Part shown: positions 27,488-41,900 of the stretch, in pieces
Layout: each line of letters opens with the position of its first letter
Position numbering within the stretch: the stretch's first letter is position 1
Origin: Phyllobates terribilis
Lineage: Eukaryota
DNA length: 64,000 nt
Reading direction: 5' to 3'
NCBI RefSeq assembly: GCF_046119375.1
Contig: NW_027362773.1
Span: forward strand, 228,532,001-228,596,000
Made by a program: the position numbers and the translations under genes
Notes under the pieces: model-generated
What the model was told of the DNA's origin: nothing
What the model saw: the letters and a program-made list of their open reading frames with translations, nothing else
Databases searched by the model: none

Positions 27488-30400
27488 TAGTGATGAGCAA
27501 GCACTAAAATGCTTGGGTACTCGTAGGGTTTTTCCTAAATTTTGGCAGCTGTTGGACTCACTGCATACCCTATAACTGTATAGCAGGCCCTCACCTTTCT
27601 AATTGGAACATGTCGTTATTGTAGCCTAGCTGTATGTGTCTTTAAATTTAGTAGGGTTTTTCCTAAATTTTGGCAGCCGTTGGACTCATTGCATACCCGG
27701 GTCAGGTCGAGCAAATTGGAATGCTCGAGTGTGCGATCCGAGTAACTAGCCCAATGTAAGTCTATGGGAAACGCGAGCATTTTTCTCCCCCCCCCCCCCC
27801 CACACCTCCAGGCGGTCTGCAGAGGGCCTAAAAATTGTCCAAATTGATAGGATCAGTGCTCAAATGACATGGGAACAGCATGGGGAAGACCCCTGGAAGC
27901 CTCTCTAACTCCCGGGTCACTGCTGTCAACAATGTTGTCAGAGGTATTACGCCACTTTTACAGATTCACAATAAAACATACAAAAACGAAACAAAAATGG
28001 ATTTTCCTGGGAAATATGTTAAGTAACATCCTTTCTAGGGTAATGACTTGTATATAGGGCAAAATAAATATACAAAAACAAAAATGCTCCTCCACTCCTT
28101 GGGCAATGTTCACGCATAGCGTTTTTGATACGTTTTTGCACTTTTTCATTGCTTTCAACAGTGAAAAATGCATTCACCGGGAAAAATCATTTTAACATTT
28201 TACAACCTTATTTGGCCATGTGGTGTGTGAGACATCCTGTTTCATTTATGAAGGAGGGACTCTGAAAGTCACAAACAGTATTTTTATAGGGCCATCAGGC
28301 GGCCCTTACTATTTTTAAAGGGTCAGTAGTCGGCTATGCTTTGTTGTTCCCATTATTAATGAGTGGGTCTCCTATACTGTTATTGCATATGCAGTGACTC
28401 CAATGGCTGCCAAAAATTTGGACGCACCCCAATACCCCTTTGAAGAGACATAGAGGAGGGTCTCAGTAAAAGGAGTGGGTCACCTATAGTGGTAATGCCC
28501 AACGGAGGACGTTGGAGCGGTCGGAAAGGTACTCCTTCAGCATCTTCTGAAACTTGTCCCTCCTTGTGAGAGTACCCCGTGCATAAAGGCCTGTGTGATG
28601 GAAGGATCTGAGAAAACTGTCCCAGAACTTTGACCGTGTTCCTCTGACTCTGCTGGATTGGATTTGTATATCTCTCGGCTGTACTCCTTGGTTGTTCAAC
28701 GAACTGTGACATCTGCTGCCAGCTTTTTCAGACGGGAATTTTTTTAAGAATTCCGCAACAAGGGTCTTCTGGTACTGCCCCATTTTATTAGGCCTGTACT
28801 GTGCGAGAATAAGAGACAGAAAGTTCTCCTTGTAGCATGGGTCTAGAAGTGTCACCAACCAGTAATGACTGTCACCCAAAATTTGGGCAACATGAGGGTC
28901 ATGGGAAAGGCAGCATAACAAACTCAGCCATGTGTGCCAGACTGCTAACCGGCAAGAATTCCGTGTCCTCACCAATAGGACGACTGACCATGCTCTCATC
29001 CTCCTCCTCCTCCCTGTCCTCTGGCCATCCACCCTGAACAGACTGTATGATAGTTGTGCAGGTAGTACCGTCTATAGCATAGGAAACTAGCTCCTGTTCT
29101 TCCTCCTCTTCCTCATTGTCACCCAATCCACGTTAGGATGAGATGAGGCTGGGCTGTGTGGAATCACCCTGTAGGGTTCCTTGCTCTATCTTATCGTGCT
29201 CAGTCTACAATGTATCCTCTTTAATTGCGAGCAGACAGCGTTTTAGAAGACAGAAAACCACGATGGTGATGCTAATTATGGCGTCATCGCCGCTCACCAT
29301 CTTGGTGGAGTCCTCAAAGTTTTGGAGGATGGTACAGATGTCTGACATCCATGTCTACTCCTGAGGTCTTATGTGTGGAGTCTGACCTGAATACCGACGG
29401 CCTTCTTAAAGGGGTTGTCCAGTACTTTATATTTCCCCCTAATGTATTCCCCCAGGGCCCATAAGGATTTTTGTAATTCGCTTACGTTGCAGATACTGGC
29501 TGTGAGCGGCGCTATCACTGGCCGCTCACAGGCATCACGTGACCCCCGGCTGCAGCCGGCGCTGACATCCGCTGACGTCACGACAAGTGCTGGCAGCAAC
29601 CGGAAGTCTCTGTCTTCTGCTTTCCACGGTGGATGCGAGGCTGTGGGCGGGGTTACCCCACCCCACGCGTCACACCCGGCATCCACCGCATCTGCCTCTC
29701 CCCATTCATTGGGAAATTGTGCGGTGGATGCTGAGTGTGACACAGGTGGTAACCCCGCCCACAACCCAGCAGCCACCGCGGGGACCCCAGCGCTGAGTCA
29801 CGCCTCACTTGTCGTGACGTCAGCGCGGGGTCACGTGATGCCTGGGAGCGTCTAAGGATAGCGCCGCTCATAGGCAGTATCTGTAACGTAAGCTAATTAC
29901 AAAAATCCTTAGGGGCCCCGGGGGAATACATTGGGGGGGTGGGGTAATATAAAGTACTGGACAACTTCTTTAATGCTGGTAGTCAACAACTGCCCTCTTC
30001 TGCTCATAAATCCTTTACACCATCTGCAATGTACAGTTCCAACGCATGGGGACATCGCACAGCAGTCGGTGAGCTGGAAGCTGCAAAACTGCTGACGCAC
30101 AGCAAGGGCAGCGGAAGCTGTAGCTGACTTTCTAAAATGGGCACAAAGGCGGTGTACTTTGAAAAGCAGATCCGGGTAGGTTTTGAGAAACCGCTGAACC
30201 ACGAGGTTAAGCACATGGGCCAGGCATGGGACGTGAGTGAGATCATCTCGCTTCAGAGCCACCTCCAGGTTTCAGCCATTGGCACACACGACCATGCCTG
30301 GCTGTAGGGTCAGCGGTGTCCGCCACAGATCTGCCTGCTCTTTCAGACCTGTCCACAACTCTTCCGCGTTGTGCGGTTTGTCACCTAAGCATATTTGCTC

Positions 30401-32763
30401 AAGCACAGCCTGTTTCCGCTTGGCCGTGGCTGTGCTGCAGTGCTTCCAGCTTGTGACTTATGTGGTTATTTCGGAGATGGAGGCAGAAGAGGAGGAGGTG
30501 CAGGAGCTGTAGAATGTGGGGGCAACCCTGATTGACCCAAGGCTCACAATCCTCGGTGTCGGGAGGACGTGTTCCATCCCAAGGTCCTCCTGGGTCCCGG
30601 CTTCCACTATATTAACCCAATGTGCCATCAGGGAAATGTACCGTCCCTGCCCACGAGCACTTGTCCTCGTGTCCGTGGTTAGGTGGACTTTCCCAGTAAC
30701 TGCGTTGTTGAGGGCACGGCTAATGTTGTGGGACACGTGCTCGTGTAATGCGAGGATGGCACACCGGGAGAAATAGTGGTGGCTGGGGACCAAGTACCAA
30801 GGGAGGGCCGCCGCCATCAGGTTACGGAAAGCTTCCGTCTCCACGAGCCTAAAAGGCAACATTTTGAGCGCAAGCATTCGCGAAATGTGTGAATTTAGTA
30901 GTGTGGCCTGTGGGGCTTTGGCTGCTTATTTGCCCTTGCATTCCAAGGATTGGAGTGGGGACAACTGAACGCTGAGCTGGCACAAGAACGTAGACGAGCT
31001 AGTTGAGCGTGAGCAACAACACGTGCAGGGCGGGAGGCATCTTCGCATGCGCCATGGACAGGGGATTGGCGTGCACGAACAACAGCGGAACAAGCAGTGG
31101 TGTGACTCGCAGACACTGTTTCTGGACCCTGGGGTTCGGCTCACTTAGTCGGGTGATTTGTTGCCATGTGCCTGATCATGCTGGTGGTGGTCAGGCTGGT
31201 AGTTTTGCTACCCCTGCTGATCCTGCTGAGCCGGTGGTGCAAATGGCCTTTTGGGTTTATCTGCAGAGTCTTTTAAAAACAACCAGACTTGGGAAGACCT
31301 AACAGTTGTACTGGCAACTTCCGTTGTGTTGGCATTACGAGTAGCGCTTTCCCGCCTTTTGTCTGTGGCCATCACACTGTTTCTTCCTGCCTGTTGTGGT
31401 GCTACGCCTCCCTCCCCCTGTGTGCTGCTGTCCTTGCTCTGCATGTCACCTTGTCAGTTATTATTTCATCCACCACCTCATCTTCCATTTTCTCACCCTG
31501 GTCCTCCTCCTGAATTTCTGGCCATTGTGTCTCCTCATCATCCACCTTTTGCAACAGTTTTTGCACTTTCCCACTGTTGCCTTTGTGTGACTGTGGCTGC
31601 TCAAATATTTGGGCATCGCTACACGTGCTCTTCTCTTGAAGCTGGTCGGGCGAGAGTCCCGAATCTACAAATGGAAAAGTGAACAGCTCTTTGGAGTGTC
31701 CAAGTGTGGGAACAGTTGTCTCTGGGCACTCAGCATGGTGGAAGGAAAGAAGATCAGGGTGAGGAATATGCGGTCCAGACTCACGGCTACTGAGACATGA
31801 CCCTGTCGAAGACGTCCACTTCCCTGTCCCTTGCCACGCACCTTGCCCGTTTTAAATGGAGGACAATATTTTCCATTTTCACGAGAAATGGCTGATTTTG
31901 GAGTGCAGTTATATGTGATACGTCTGACAGAGAACCACGGTTTTAAATAGGAGGCCTGTAGTTTACTAATACTATTCTTTACAGAGACCTAGTGTAAATA
32001 GTTTGACGGACACACTGCAACGAAATGGAAAAGGAGACCAATATTTTCCACATTCAGTTCAAATTTCTGGATTTATATAGCTGTAATATGGAAAAGATCT
32101 GGCTGTATCTTGCAATGTTATCAAGCAAATGGAGCAGAAAAATGTTGTACTCTGTATTGCTTTTTAAGCAAATAACCAGGATTAAGATAAAAAAAATTGC
32201 CCTTGCCCCTGATATCTGGGATTATGTCTACAAATATCTATATGAACAGCAGCAGCAGACAGAACGTTTAATGGACCCTCTTGTGCTGTATCATGCACTG
32301 CAGTCTGCCACATACACTGCCTGCCTGCCTAACTCCTGCTTTCACCACTGAATATATGCAGCTGGATTAGTCCTCAGAAGGACTGTTAGTTCAGATGGAT
32401 ATATATATGTATGTTGTGAAATACATGTATTAACTATAAACAAGCAAATCTCTACCTGAATCAGCATTGCTCTCCCTACTCTGCCTGGTTCCAGGGTAGA
32501 CTGTGACGAACATAGCGGCGCATGGTCTTATATAAACCTGATGACGCTGTGCGGCCAGCCAATCACTGTAATGCCCTCAACCAACATGGCTACGGCATTA
32601 CAGTGCGTGGCAAGCAATCCCTGCATGTTCATTGGCTCTCTAAAGAGCACCAAACATGCAGGGAGCGGACCTGAGTCCCCCCCCCCCCCTCCCCGAGCAA
32701 CCCAGAAATACTCGCCGAGCTTGTCGAGCACCGAACGGTGGCGAGCACGTTCGCTCATCACTA
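27488..32763 (-). mobile_element. Decayed hAT transposon in intron 4
   Basis: TIRs TAGTGATGAGC/GCTCATCACTA; 8-bp TSD 6/8 (TTGATTAT/CTTATTAT); BED-like VWLF..., HLTTD, CLAHVLNL fragments; C-terminal domain deleted. Confidence 0.9.
29410..29969. mobile_element. T2/Kolobok-like palindromic MITE nested in the hAT
   Basis: TTAA-AGGGGTTGTCCAGTAC...GTACTGGACAACTTCT-TTAA; the two halves are inverted copies along most of the length. Confidence 0.85.
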
Positions 32764-32800
32764 CTTATTATAGATGTGACTTGTTCAATATTTGTTTCAG

Positions 32801-32891
32801 GGTGAAGATCTGCTCCATATTAATACCACAGAGACATATGTGAGGAGTGATGAGCAGTGTAAAGAGGAGATTCCTACATATGACTACCCAG
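32801..32891 (+). CDS. Zinc-finger gene, coding exon 5
   Basis: TTTCAG acceptor, GTGAGT donor, 91 nt, phase 0-1; GEDLLHINTTETYVRSDEQCKEEIPTYDYP. Confidence 0.88.
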
Positions 32892-33685
32892 GTGAGTAGT
32901 AACCACTAAATGCAGTAAGTCACAGATTCTCCTCAATCACCGGCTGTGGCTGCTTTATCGTTTGTGTAGCCCGGCGATATCACAATCGTGTGATCACCAT
33001 TTTGCATCTAGACCACAACATTCTCCTTCACAAATTACTGTTCAAATTACTTTGGGTATTGAAACCCCTTTTCTATAGAACTTACAACCTGGAAGATCCA
33101 CCTACCAACTGAAATTAGAAGATCCTGACACTTTCCTGCCCAGATCTGTAAACTACAAATCCAAATGACAGTATACGCAGAATGTGCTGACAAGTTAGAA
33201 AATCACTTGAAGAAAAATATTATGATGGGCCTGTAAGAGAAAGTGGAGGGTAATGATGCTGTTAGTTTCCTAGAACCCTGATATCTTATTAGATGTATCT
33301 GCCTTCTCTCCGTTCTCTACTTCGCTTTTATGATCGACAACATTAAACATGCAGTGAGGGCCGTGTGAATTTCTGTACAATAACAACAGTTTCCCTTTAT
33401 CCTGACTTTTCGATTTCTTTTTAAACCAAATAATTTCAAACAGGATTGCGATAAACTATACAAAAAACATTACACCTGTGCCATGATATATCTCTAAGCT
33501 GTGTGTGGCTGATGGCTGTAATATACATTTATTAATGCCTATAGTAGATGTATTGGCATGGCTCGAGCCCTGGTTTCATGGATTCATTCCATGTAATATA
33601 TTATATTATCAATCCTAAGGAATTCAGATACAATCTCTCTTGGAATGGGGAGCACTAATATTTTCTCTACTCTTCTGGTCAGGAC

Positions 33686-36600
33686 TAGTGTTGAGCGACT
33701 TTTGTTCGGCGAATGTTCGAAAGTTTCAAATTCGGCACGAATATAGCACATTCGGATTCGTGATCGCAAAGGCAAGCAAATTTTCTTAAAATCGGAAAAG
33801 TTTGAATTTGTGCGGGACTGTGAATACAGGGCAACCACGACGTTTTGAACAATTTTGTTAGCATAGTACAAGTGTATGATGAGCGGTGACATGTGCCAGG
33901 TGAGTGTGGGGGCTGTGGAGAGCTTAGAACAGGTCAGATCAGCGACGCACTGTTTTTTGTTTTTTTTCATGTGGGCGGAAACTTTAACTGAGGAAAGCGC
34001 GGCCAGCCAATCATAGCGCAGGAAGCATCTACACTGTCCATACATAAGGGCTTCTGCAATTGGCAGCAGAAATCGCCTGTCCTCTCAATATAAAAAACGC
34101 CCATGTTCCCTCAGCACCATTATATCCATGTCACTGCTGGAGACAGATGCAGCTCCGTGTTCTCCTGCGTAATGAGAGATATTGGCTAGATAGATGGGCG
34201 CTTGTGTAGTAGTCAGAGAGTATTGATAATTCCTGGCCTGTGTACCTCTGCAACCGCTGGTGCAGCACATTTTTGGTGTTCTTGTGCAAGTACTGAGATT
34301 CTGACAGAAACAGGGGGCCCATGCCATACAATAGTGCTGTGCACCGCTGGTATAGAGCTCCATGTCTCAGTATACCTTGAATCTTTTTTTGCACTTGCTA
34401 AGCGCAGTGCACCTTTTCATTTAGTGGGGTTGAAATTGTGCTCTGCAGAGTTTCTTATTGCAGAGCACAAAATCTGTTTTTTTTTTATTGTGATATTGAA
34501 AGCCGTGTGCACTAAAGTTTTTTTTTTTTGTGTCAAATACTATTTTAGTGGAGTTGAACTTCAGGTGGTTTCAGAGTAAAAAAAATAAATTTTTTCTCTT
34601 GCTATGCCCAGTCCAAAAAATATTTTTTCCTGTGCCAAAAGTCATACAGTGCTAAAAGCCAGCTACTACGTCAATGGCGATCATAGTCACCTGGACGCAG
34701 AGCTTATGCAGAGTAAACCAAAATATTTTTTGCTCTGAGTAAAGTGATACAGCTGGCTAGATCGGAGTCTGAATTTTGGAGCATATATTCTATGTCATAC
34801 TGGCCTCATCCACATTCAAAAAATTATTTCTTCTGTTCCTAAAGTAATACAGCAGGGGACATCTCAGTTTGAAATTGTTTGGAGAATATCTCGTAGGTTT
34901 TATCGGCATCATGCACACTAACAAATTTCTTTTGTCTGTTAGTAACATTATACGGCAGGCCATATCTTACCTTGTCATTTAGTGTCGCTGAAATTCAGGC
35001 GTGTGCTGAGCTATTGCACAGGAAAAAAACATATTTTTCTCTAGTTAATTGCGTGCTCCTACCACTGTATCTGACCAACATGAGTGGGAAAAAGAGAGAG
35101 CGTGGTGGAAGGGGGAATAGGCTTGGTGCTCAAGGTGTAGATGGGGTACGTGGTAATGTTAGTGAAAGCACTAGTGAACCAGCACAAGCAGATCCTATCC
35201 AAAGACAACTGACAAACTTATGTTAGTGGACAGCCTACTGCACTCCCTTTCTTTGGCAGCCGCACAACGATACGCCTTGTTGATAAGGCCCAGAAAGAGC
35301 AGGTGCTCCAGTGGATGCCAAGCTCTGCTTCCAGTGGCCTCTCCTCTTCTTCTTCCACCTCAACATCACACGCAGTACAGTCCACAGAGGTGGCACCTGC
35401 CACCCATGCTTTTCCCCGCGTCACAACTGGCCAACTGCCCAACTGACTGTAGCGAACCACAGATGGGTGAGTCTGTAGAACTCTTCACCCATTCTACACC
35501 ATGGGCATCAGAAGTGTGCTCCAAACAGACAGAGTCAAGGGGAGGAAAGCATTTGCACCTATGCCCAAAACTTTTTAGCTTGGATTCCTGTTCACCATAC
35601 TCCGCCCTCTCTCAGCACCTTAGCCAGCCTTCAGTCCCACAGTTGTGATCACGTAAAAGATTGTTTCATCCTATGCATAACAAAGCTAAGAGGTTGAACT
35701 CCACCATCTCCAATCTGTTGGCCACGGAAATGCTGTCTTTCCGACTGGTAGATACAGACTGTTTCCAAAAACTGATGGCCGTCGCAGTTCCCAGTACCAG
35801 TTGCCCAGTCGCCTTTACTTCTCTAAGAAAGCTGTGCCTGCGCTACACCAGCATGTCGCAGACAACATCACCCGTTCCTTGTCTAAATCTACGTGTGCCA
35901 GGGTGCATTTCACCACAGCCACCTGGACGAGTAAGCATGGCCAAGGGCGTTACATCTCACTAACTGGGCACTGGGTGACTCTGGTGGCTGTGGGGGCAAG
36001 CGGAGAAGGGACTGCTCCACAAATCTTGGAATCTACAAGGCTTGCAGAAGAAACCTCTGTATTTCCCACTTCCTCTGCTGCTTCTGCGTCCTCCACCTCC
36101 TCTAGGGCCTCCACCTGCGCACTCAACCTCTGCCTTAACCAGACACGCGTTCCAAAGGTGCGGAGAGAATACACACCACCTCCGTACTGTGCAGTCAGGG
36201 CTCACCGTAATCAGGCAGTCTTCAAATAATATGCCTTGGAGATCGCACTCATACAGGTGAACATTTGTGGGCAGCTCTCCAGGCTCAGTTTGAGCAATGG
36301 CTGTCTCCGCTGAACCTAGAGCCAAGGAAGGCCATGTGCTATAACGGTGCGAACCTGTTAGCGGCCCAATGCCGAGGCAAGCTCGCACACGTGCCTTGCA
36401 TGGCTCACGTCCTCAACCTGGTAGTACAGCGATTTCTCCGCCAATATCCTGGACTGGATGAGCTGCTTCACAAAGTACGGAAGCTGTGTGCTCATTTCCG
36501 CCTTTCGCACCCCTCATGTCATCGATTTGCATCGATACAGAGATCTTTGTCTGTGCCAGTTAACAGGTAGATCTGCGATGTGCCGACGCAGTGGAATTCC

Positions 36601-38929
36601 ACTCTGCACATGCTGCAGCGACTCTGCCGGCAGCAACGAGCTCTGGCGCAGTATGTCATGACTTATAGCTTGGGGCAACACAGTACAGACTTGGGGCATA
36701 TTACTTTTACGGAGTGAAAACAGATTAAGGACCTCTGCACCCTTCTGCATAGTTTTGAAATGGCTACTAAACTGGTCCGGTCATGTACATGCTGGAGCAA
36801 ACTTTAAATAACCTGCTTCAGGAGGTGGTGGTCCCAGAAGAAGAGGAGGATGCGGAAGGGATACCAGTGTCTCAAATTTCCAGACTGTCGTCACACAGGC
36901 GGATGCCAAGTGACGGTGGATTAAAGCGATCGAGGGGGTTTGGTGATACTAGGCAAACTGTTAGTGAAGATGCAAGAGCCGAGGAACTAATGGAGGTGGA
37001 AGAGGTGATGGGCGAGCAGCTGTCAGAGGATGAAGAGGATAATCATCCCCTCTCGTTTGAACGTGGCTGGAGGGGACAGAGGAAACAAGCATCAGTGTTA
37101 GGCAGCCCACAATACAGCCTGACTTTGGACCTCCTGGAAGAGCCCGACATATCAGTGCCTTCTTGATGCACTTACTGCAACATGATCCCCGTATAGTTAG
37201 GATTCGAAATAATGCTGACTACTGGGTTGCCACTCTGTTAGATCCACTTTCTAAGAGTCAATTTTGCCAGTTGTTTCATGCCCTGGAAAGGGACCCGCTT
37301 ATGTTGGAGTATCAAAACAAGCTTTTAAGCAACCTTAATAGAGGTTTTCCCCAAGAAAGCAGTGAGGCACACAGTGTGCATCGCAGCTGTAGTCTTTCAA
37401 CCTCCGGCATGTCAGTTCGTCAACGCCAAAACATTAGTAGCAGAGTAAGTGGCAGAAGCAATTTCTGGCAGTCCTTTCACACATTTTTTGCACCAGCTCG
37501 TGCACCAGCACAAGAGTACAAGTCTGACACGTGGTGAACGACTGGAGAGAATGGTGGAGGAGTATCTAGAGCTTAATATGAATACCATCAGGGAGGATTT
37601 TGACCCTTTTACATTTTGGTCTTCAAAAATGGATGAATGGCCTGAGCTCGCCTCTCACGCCTTGGAGGTTTTATCATGCCCGGCAGCCAGTGTTCTCTCT
37701 GAACGTGTCTTCAGCGCTGCTGGTAGTATCTTAATGGATCAGCGCACCCGGCTGTCCCCTGAAAATGTAGACCGCCTAACTTTCATCAAGATGAACAAAT
37801 CATGGATCTCCAAGGACTTTTGCACCCCAATTGCAGACTGTACAGAGTAGGCGATGTTGTCGTTTTGAGTGGGCTGCATTGATCTCTTGAAATTGCAGTC
37901 TGTGATATGGCTTCTGTGCCTGCTCTTCCTAAAGGCTGCTGCTGCTGCAGGTTTTAGGCCCAAATTTTGGTAAATGTGGAGAATCATGATTGGGTCTCCA
38001 TCTATTGGGTTGGCTGTAGAGGAACTGGTTTTGGTCTTCTTTGCAATACTTATACTCTAGTGAAATTGATGCCACTTCGGTGGTGTTAGGCCCTCATTTA
38101 GGGCAATGTGAACACTCCTGGTTAGGTTTCCATCTCCTGGGTTGGCTGTACTGGAAGAGATGTGGGTCTCATTTACACTATTTCTACTGTAGTGAAATTG
38201 ATTAGACATTGCTAGTGTCTTCCAATAATTTTTTCAAATCTGTTGAATCATGATTGGGTCTCCATCTATTGGGTTGGCTGTAGGGGAACCTTCCTGTTCT
38301 GCAGTCTAAGTTGTGTAAGGTTGCGTACCAGTCCTTGCTGCACTCCTGATACAGACTGTGTGCCGGCTGCACTCCTGATACAGACTGTGTGCCTGCTGCA
38401 CCATCTAGTCTGTCCTACTTGGGTCCAGCTGCTGCGCGTCCGTTGGTCTGTCCTGGAGTGGCACCTGGCTTTCATCGGGAGCCAAGTCTAACCTCCCCAT
38501 TAGAGGCTCTAGTGAACAGTCTGGTGCTCGCTTAGTCACAGCCCTCCATGCTCTCTGGGGTCTGTGGCACAGTGGTTCCACAAACCTCGTCCGTGACAGT
38601 GTGCCCTCGCAGGCAGGGTTCTCTCTACTGTTGTACCAGTCGGTGACCCCTTTTGACATGTAAAGCCCAACTGAATAAATGTCACTGTCACAGCAATAAT
38701 AATTATAGTACTTGTACTCTGGGTCAATTGATGGCACTTCTCTGGTGTCTACACCTAATTTGATGTGTTTTGGCAGCTTTTGGTCCCTTTTCTAGGTGTT
38801 GTCTATGCATTTTTTTGGTCCCCCCATTGACTACTATGGGATTCGGAAATGTTCGACGAACATTCGGCGAAAATCCATTTGTTAGGCGAACTTTTCCGAA
38901 CCGAAAATTTAAATGTTCGCTCATGCCTA
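33686..38929 (+). mobile_element. Decayed hAT transposon in intron 5
   Basis: Perfect 8-bp TSD GTCAGGAC; TIRs TAGTGTTGAGCG/CGCTCATGCCTA; fragments HFTTAT (Asp to Ala), CMAHVLNL, and hATC WPEL...CPAASVLSERVFS. Confidence 0.93.
38284..38598 (+). mobile_element. Truncated LTR fragment inside the hAT
   Basis: Ends GGCACAGTGG...CCGTGACA, similar in layout to the LTR end near 58874. Confidence 0.55.
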
Positions 38930-38979
38930 GTCAGGACTCAAAGTAGCTCCAACGGTCTACCATAAATAGGTGCAACTCC

Positions 38980-41900
38980 TGTAGCGTCGGCGTCTCTGCC
39001 TACTTCCCCCGGCAGAGACGCTGACCCCTTTACCGCCGCGGCCCTGATCCTGTGTGCGCCGCTCCCTCTGTCTCGCTCCATGATGTGTTGAACCCAGCTG
39101 TGGACCCGGACTGTCTGCTCCTCCCCGCTTTGTCGGTGATCCCGCTATATGTCGGGGCTTCGTAAATCAGTGCACGCTGCACTTCGAGCTCCTGGCTCAT
39201 CAGTTTGCTTCTGATTGGGCTAAAGTGGCCTTCATCATATCTCCTCTCACAGAAGAGGCATGGCATGGCTCAAACCCCTATGGGAGAGGAGGACCCTCTG
39301 GTGTCTAACCTCCAGGCTTTCCTTGAGGCTTTCCGGAGGGTTTTCGATGAGCCCGGTCTCATGTCCTCAACAACTTCTTCCGTCTACGCCAGGGGAAGTT
39401 CCTCACAGTGGGCCAGTACTGTGTACTTTTCCGCACCCTTTCGTCTGAACTCTCCTGGCATAACAAGGCTCTGGTGGCTTCCTTTTGTGAACGCCTTTCT
39501 GGGCGGATCAAAGACGAGCTGACCGGTCATGACAAACCCACCTCTCTGGATGACCTAGTGTCTTTGGCCACGCGGATTGACATCAGGGGCAAGGAGCATT
39601 CTGAGAGAAGACCTTTACACCTTTCACCTAAATTCCAAAAACCGGTCTCGCAACAAGTCTCTGCCTCGGCATCCACCCCAGAATCTATGTAAGTGGACCA
39701 GGTGACGATAGTCAAGACTCGCCAGGAGGTCCGCCGCGCTGAGGGACAGTTTGTTGTGGCAGTTTGGAGCATGTAATCCGCTCCTGTCCAGAGAGACCAG
39801 GAAACTCCAGAGCCTAGGATCGCTTGGAGAGGTCATCCTGGGCAAGAATTCTTCCTCTCCATCTCTGTGTAATACTATTGTAGGAACTCGAGGATTCTGA
39901 TAGCGTGGGGCAATGAACAAACAGAGACGGGTTTCTTTAGTGCAAATATTGTATTTGTGCAACAGCAATAACACCCAAAAACAATATACAGATAACCCGT
40001 AGTGACATACAATGAAATAAGTCCAGCAATATTAAGTCTTTGAAACCTATATAGCAAAGTCGGCAATGTTCTTACAACGGAGTCCTCACACAAATGTGAT
40101 CAAAAGGAAAGTCCGACACACTGGTGACGTGGCTTGATACAAACACTGCGGGTGTAGTAAAAGTCAGAACCAGGTATGCAGTAGCCACAGGGAAGTCCAA
40201 GATCAAGTTCACAAGTTAATCCTAGATGTAGCGTAGATTCAGGGAAGTCCAGAAACAAGTTCACATTTAAGTAATATTCCAGTAAATAGTTCCAGCAGCC
40301 CTCACCGGAGGGAGTGAACGAAGGGTTAAACAACACAGTTCAGAAACACAGTTCTTACCGGGTGGAGTGAGGCAAGGGTTAAATTCCAAAGTCAACAGGT
40401 TAATGATAACACAGTGAGTGTAGCTTACATAGGCAGAGAATGTCCAGAGCCAGGGGCTGCTGCTGAGAAACAGGTGAAGATTAACCTGGTAAATACACAA
40501 GAGATCTGGGAGATAATAGTAGGATAAGGCAGCTAGACTGAAGGGTTACGGAAGCAGAATACTCCAGCAAGGAAGCCAGCACCTGAGCCGGGTTTTAAAC
40601 AAATGTACAGGAAGTAGGGCATACAAAAACAGCAAACTCCATCTTAAAGGGCAAAATCATTCACAAGGTTACCTAGAAAACCCGGAATACTGACACTCTG
40701 ACTCTCAGTATCGATATCCTGCAGCAACATCCATTTTTTCGAGACTGCTTATCTGTATTCCGGTGCTGCTGGGAATCTCATCCAACAAGCCATTGTGGAG
40801 CAGTATCATATTCCTATCTAACGTCTTACAGATCTGTTGGCGGTTTCTTCGGTGGATGGGAGGCCCCTTTCTGAGTCCATCCTGTTCGTCACCGAGCCCG
40901 TGGTTCTCCAGATACAAGTAGATTTTCTCCGAGTGTAACATTTCTATGTGCTGTCCGGTCTCGCTCATCCTTTGTTGCTATGACTGCCTTGGCTACAGAG
41001 ACACGAGCCGGTCTTGAATTATAGTTTGGGCGAGGTGCTCCGCTGGGGTCAGGAGTGTCACAAAACCTGCCTGGTTTCTGTTCGTCCAACTCGACCTCTG
41101 TCCACTCCATCTTGTCTACCTGGCTTACCGGCACCCTACAGGTTATACGCTGACGTCTTTGACAAGAAGGAGGTTGAGACCTCATTCCCGATGCCTCACC
41201 TCCCCGTGGTATAATCTACCCCCTTTCGTTGGCCGAGACCCATGCCATGTCTGAATACATTGAGGAGAATCTTGCTAGGGGATTTATCCAGAAATCCACC
41301 ACTCCACCTGGAGCAGGATTCTTCTTTGTTAAGAAGAAGGTCGGCTCACTTCGACCTTGTATCGACTATAGGAGACTAAATCGAATAACAAGTATTCTCT
41401 GCCTCTCATCACCGAGTTGTTTCATTACCTCACAGGCGCTAAGATCTTCACTAAGCTTGCCCTCCGTGGAGCATACAACCTTATCCGGATCCGCCAGAGT
41501 GACTAATGAAAGCTGGCATTCAACACTTGGGATGGCCACTACGAGTAACGGATGATGCCCTTCGGACTCTGCAACGCATCACAGTCTTTCAAGAGCTGGT
41601 GAATTACATCTTCCGAGATCTTCTCTACACGTGTGGTGGTGTACCTGGACGATATCCTGGTGTTCTCTTCAGATGTTCCCTCACATGGGAGAGACGTTCG
41701 ACAGGTATTGCAGAGTCTCAGGAAGAATCGTCTGTATGCCACATTTGAGAAATGCGTTTTTGAGCAGACTTCTCTTCCCTTCCTGGGATACATAATCTCG
41801 GAGACCGGCCTTAAGATGGATCCCGAAAAGGTGTCTGCCTTTTTAAAGTGGCCCCGACCTGAGGGGCTGAAGGCCAATCAGCGGTTTCTAAGGTTTGCAA

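Noticed and set aside
28484-37850. Domesticated ZBED-like gene from the hAT transposases
   Set aside because: Multiple frameshifts and stops, deleted domains, a catalytic Asp-to-Ala change, and retained TIRs/TSDs indicate dead transposons.
39150-39880. Domesticated RTL/PEG10-like gag gene (also 5445-6500 and 55256-55594)
   Set aside because: All are broken and embedded in LTR-element context.
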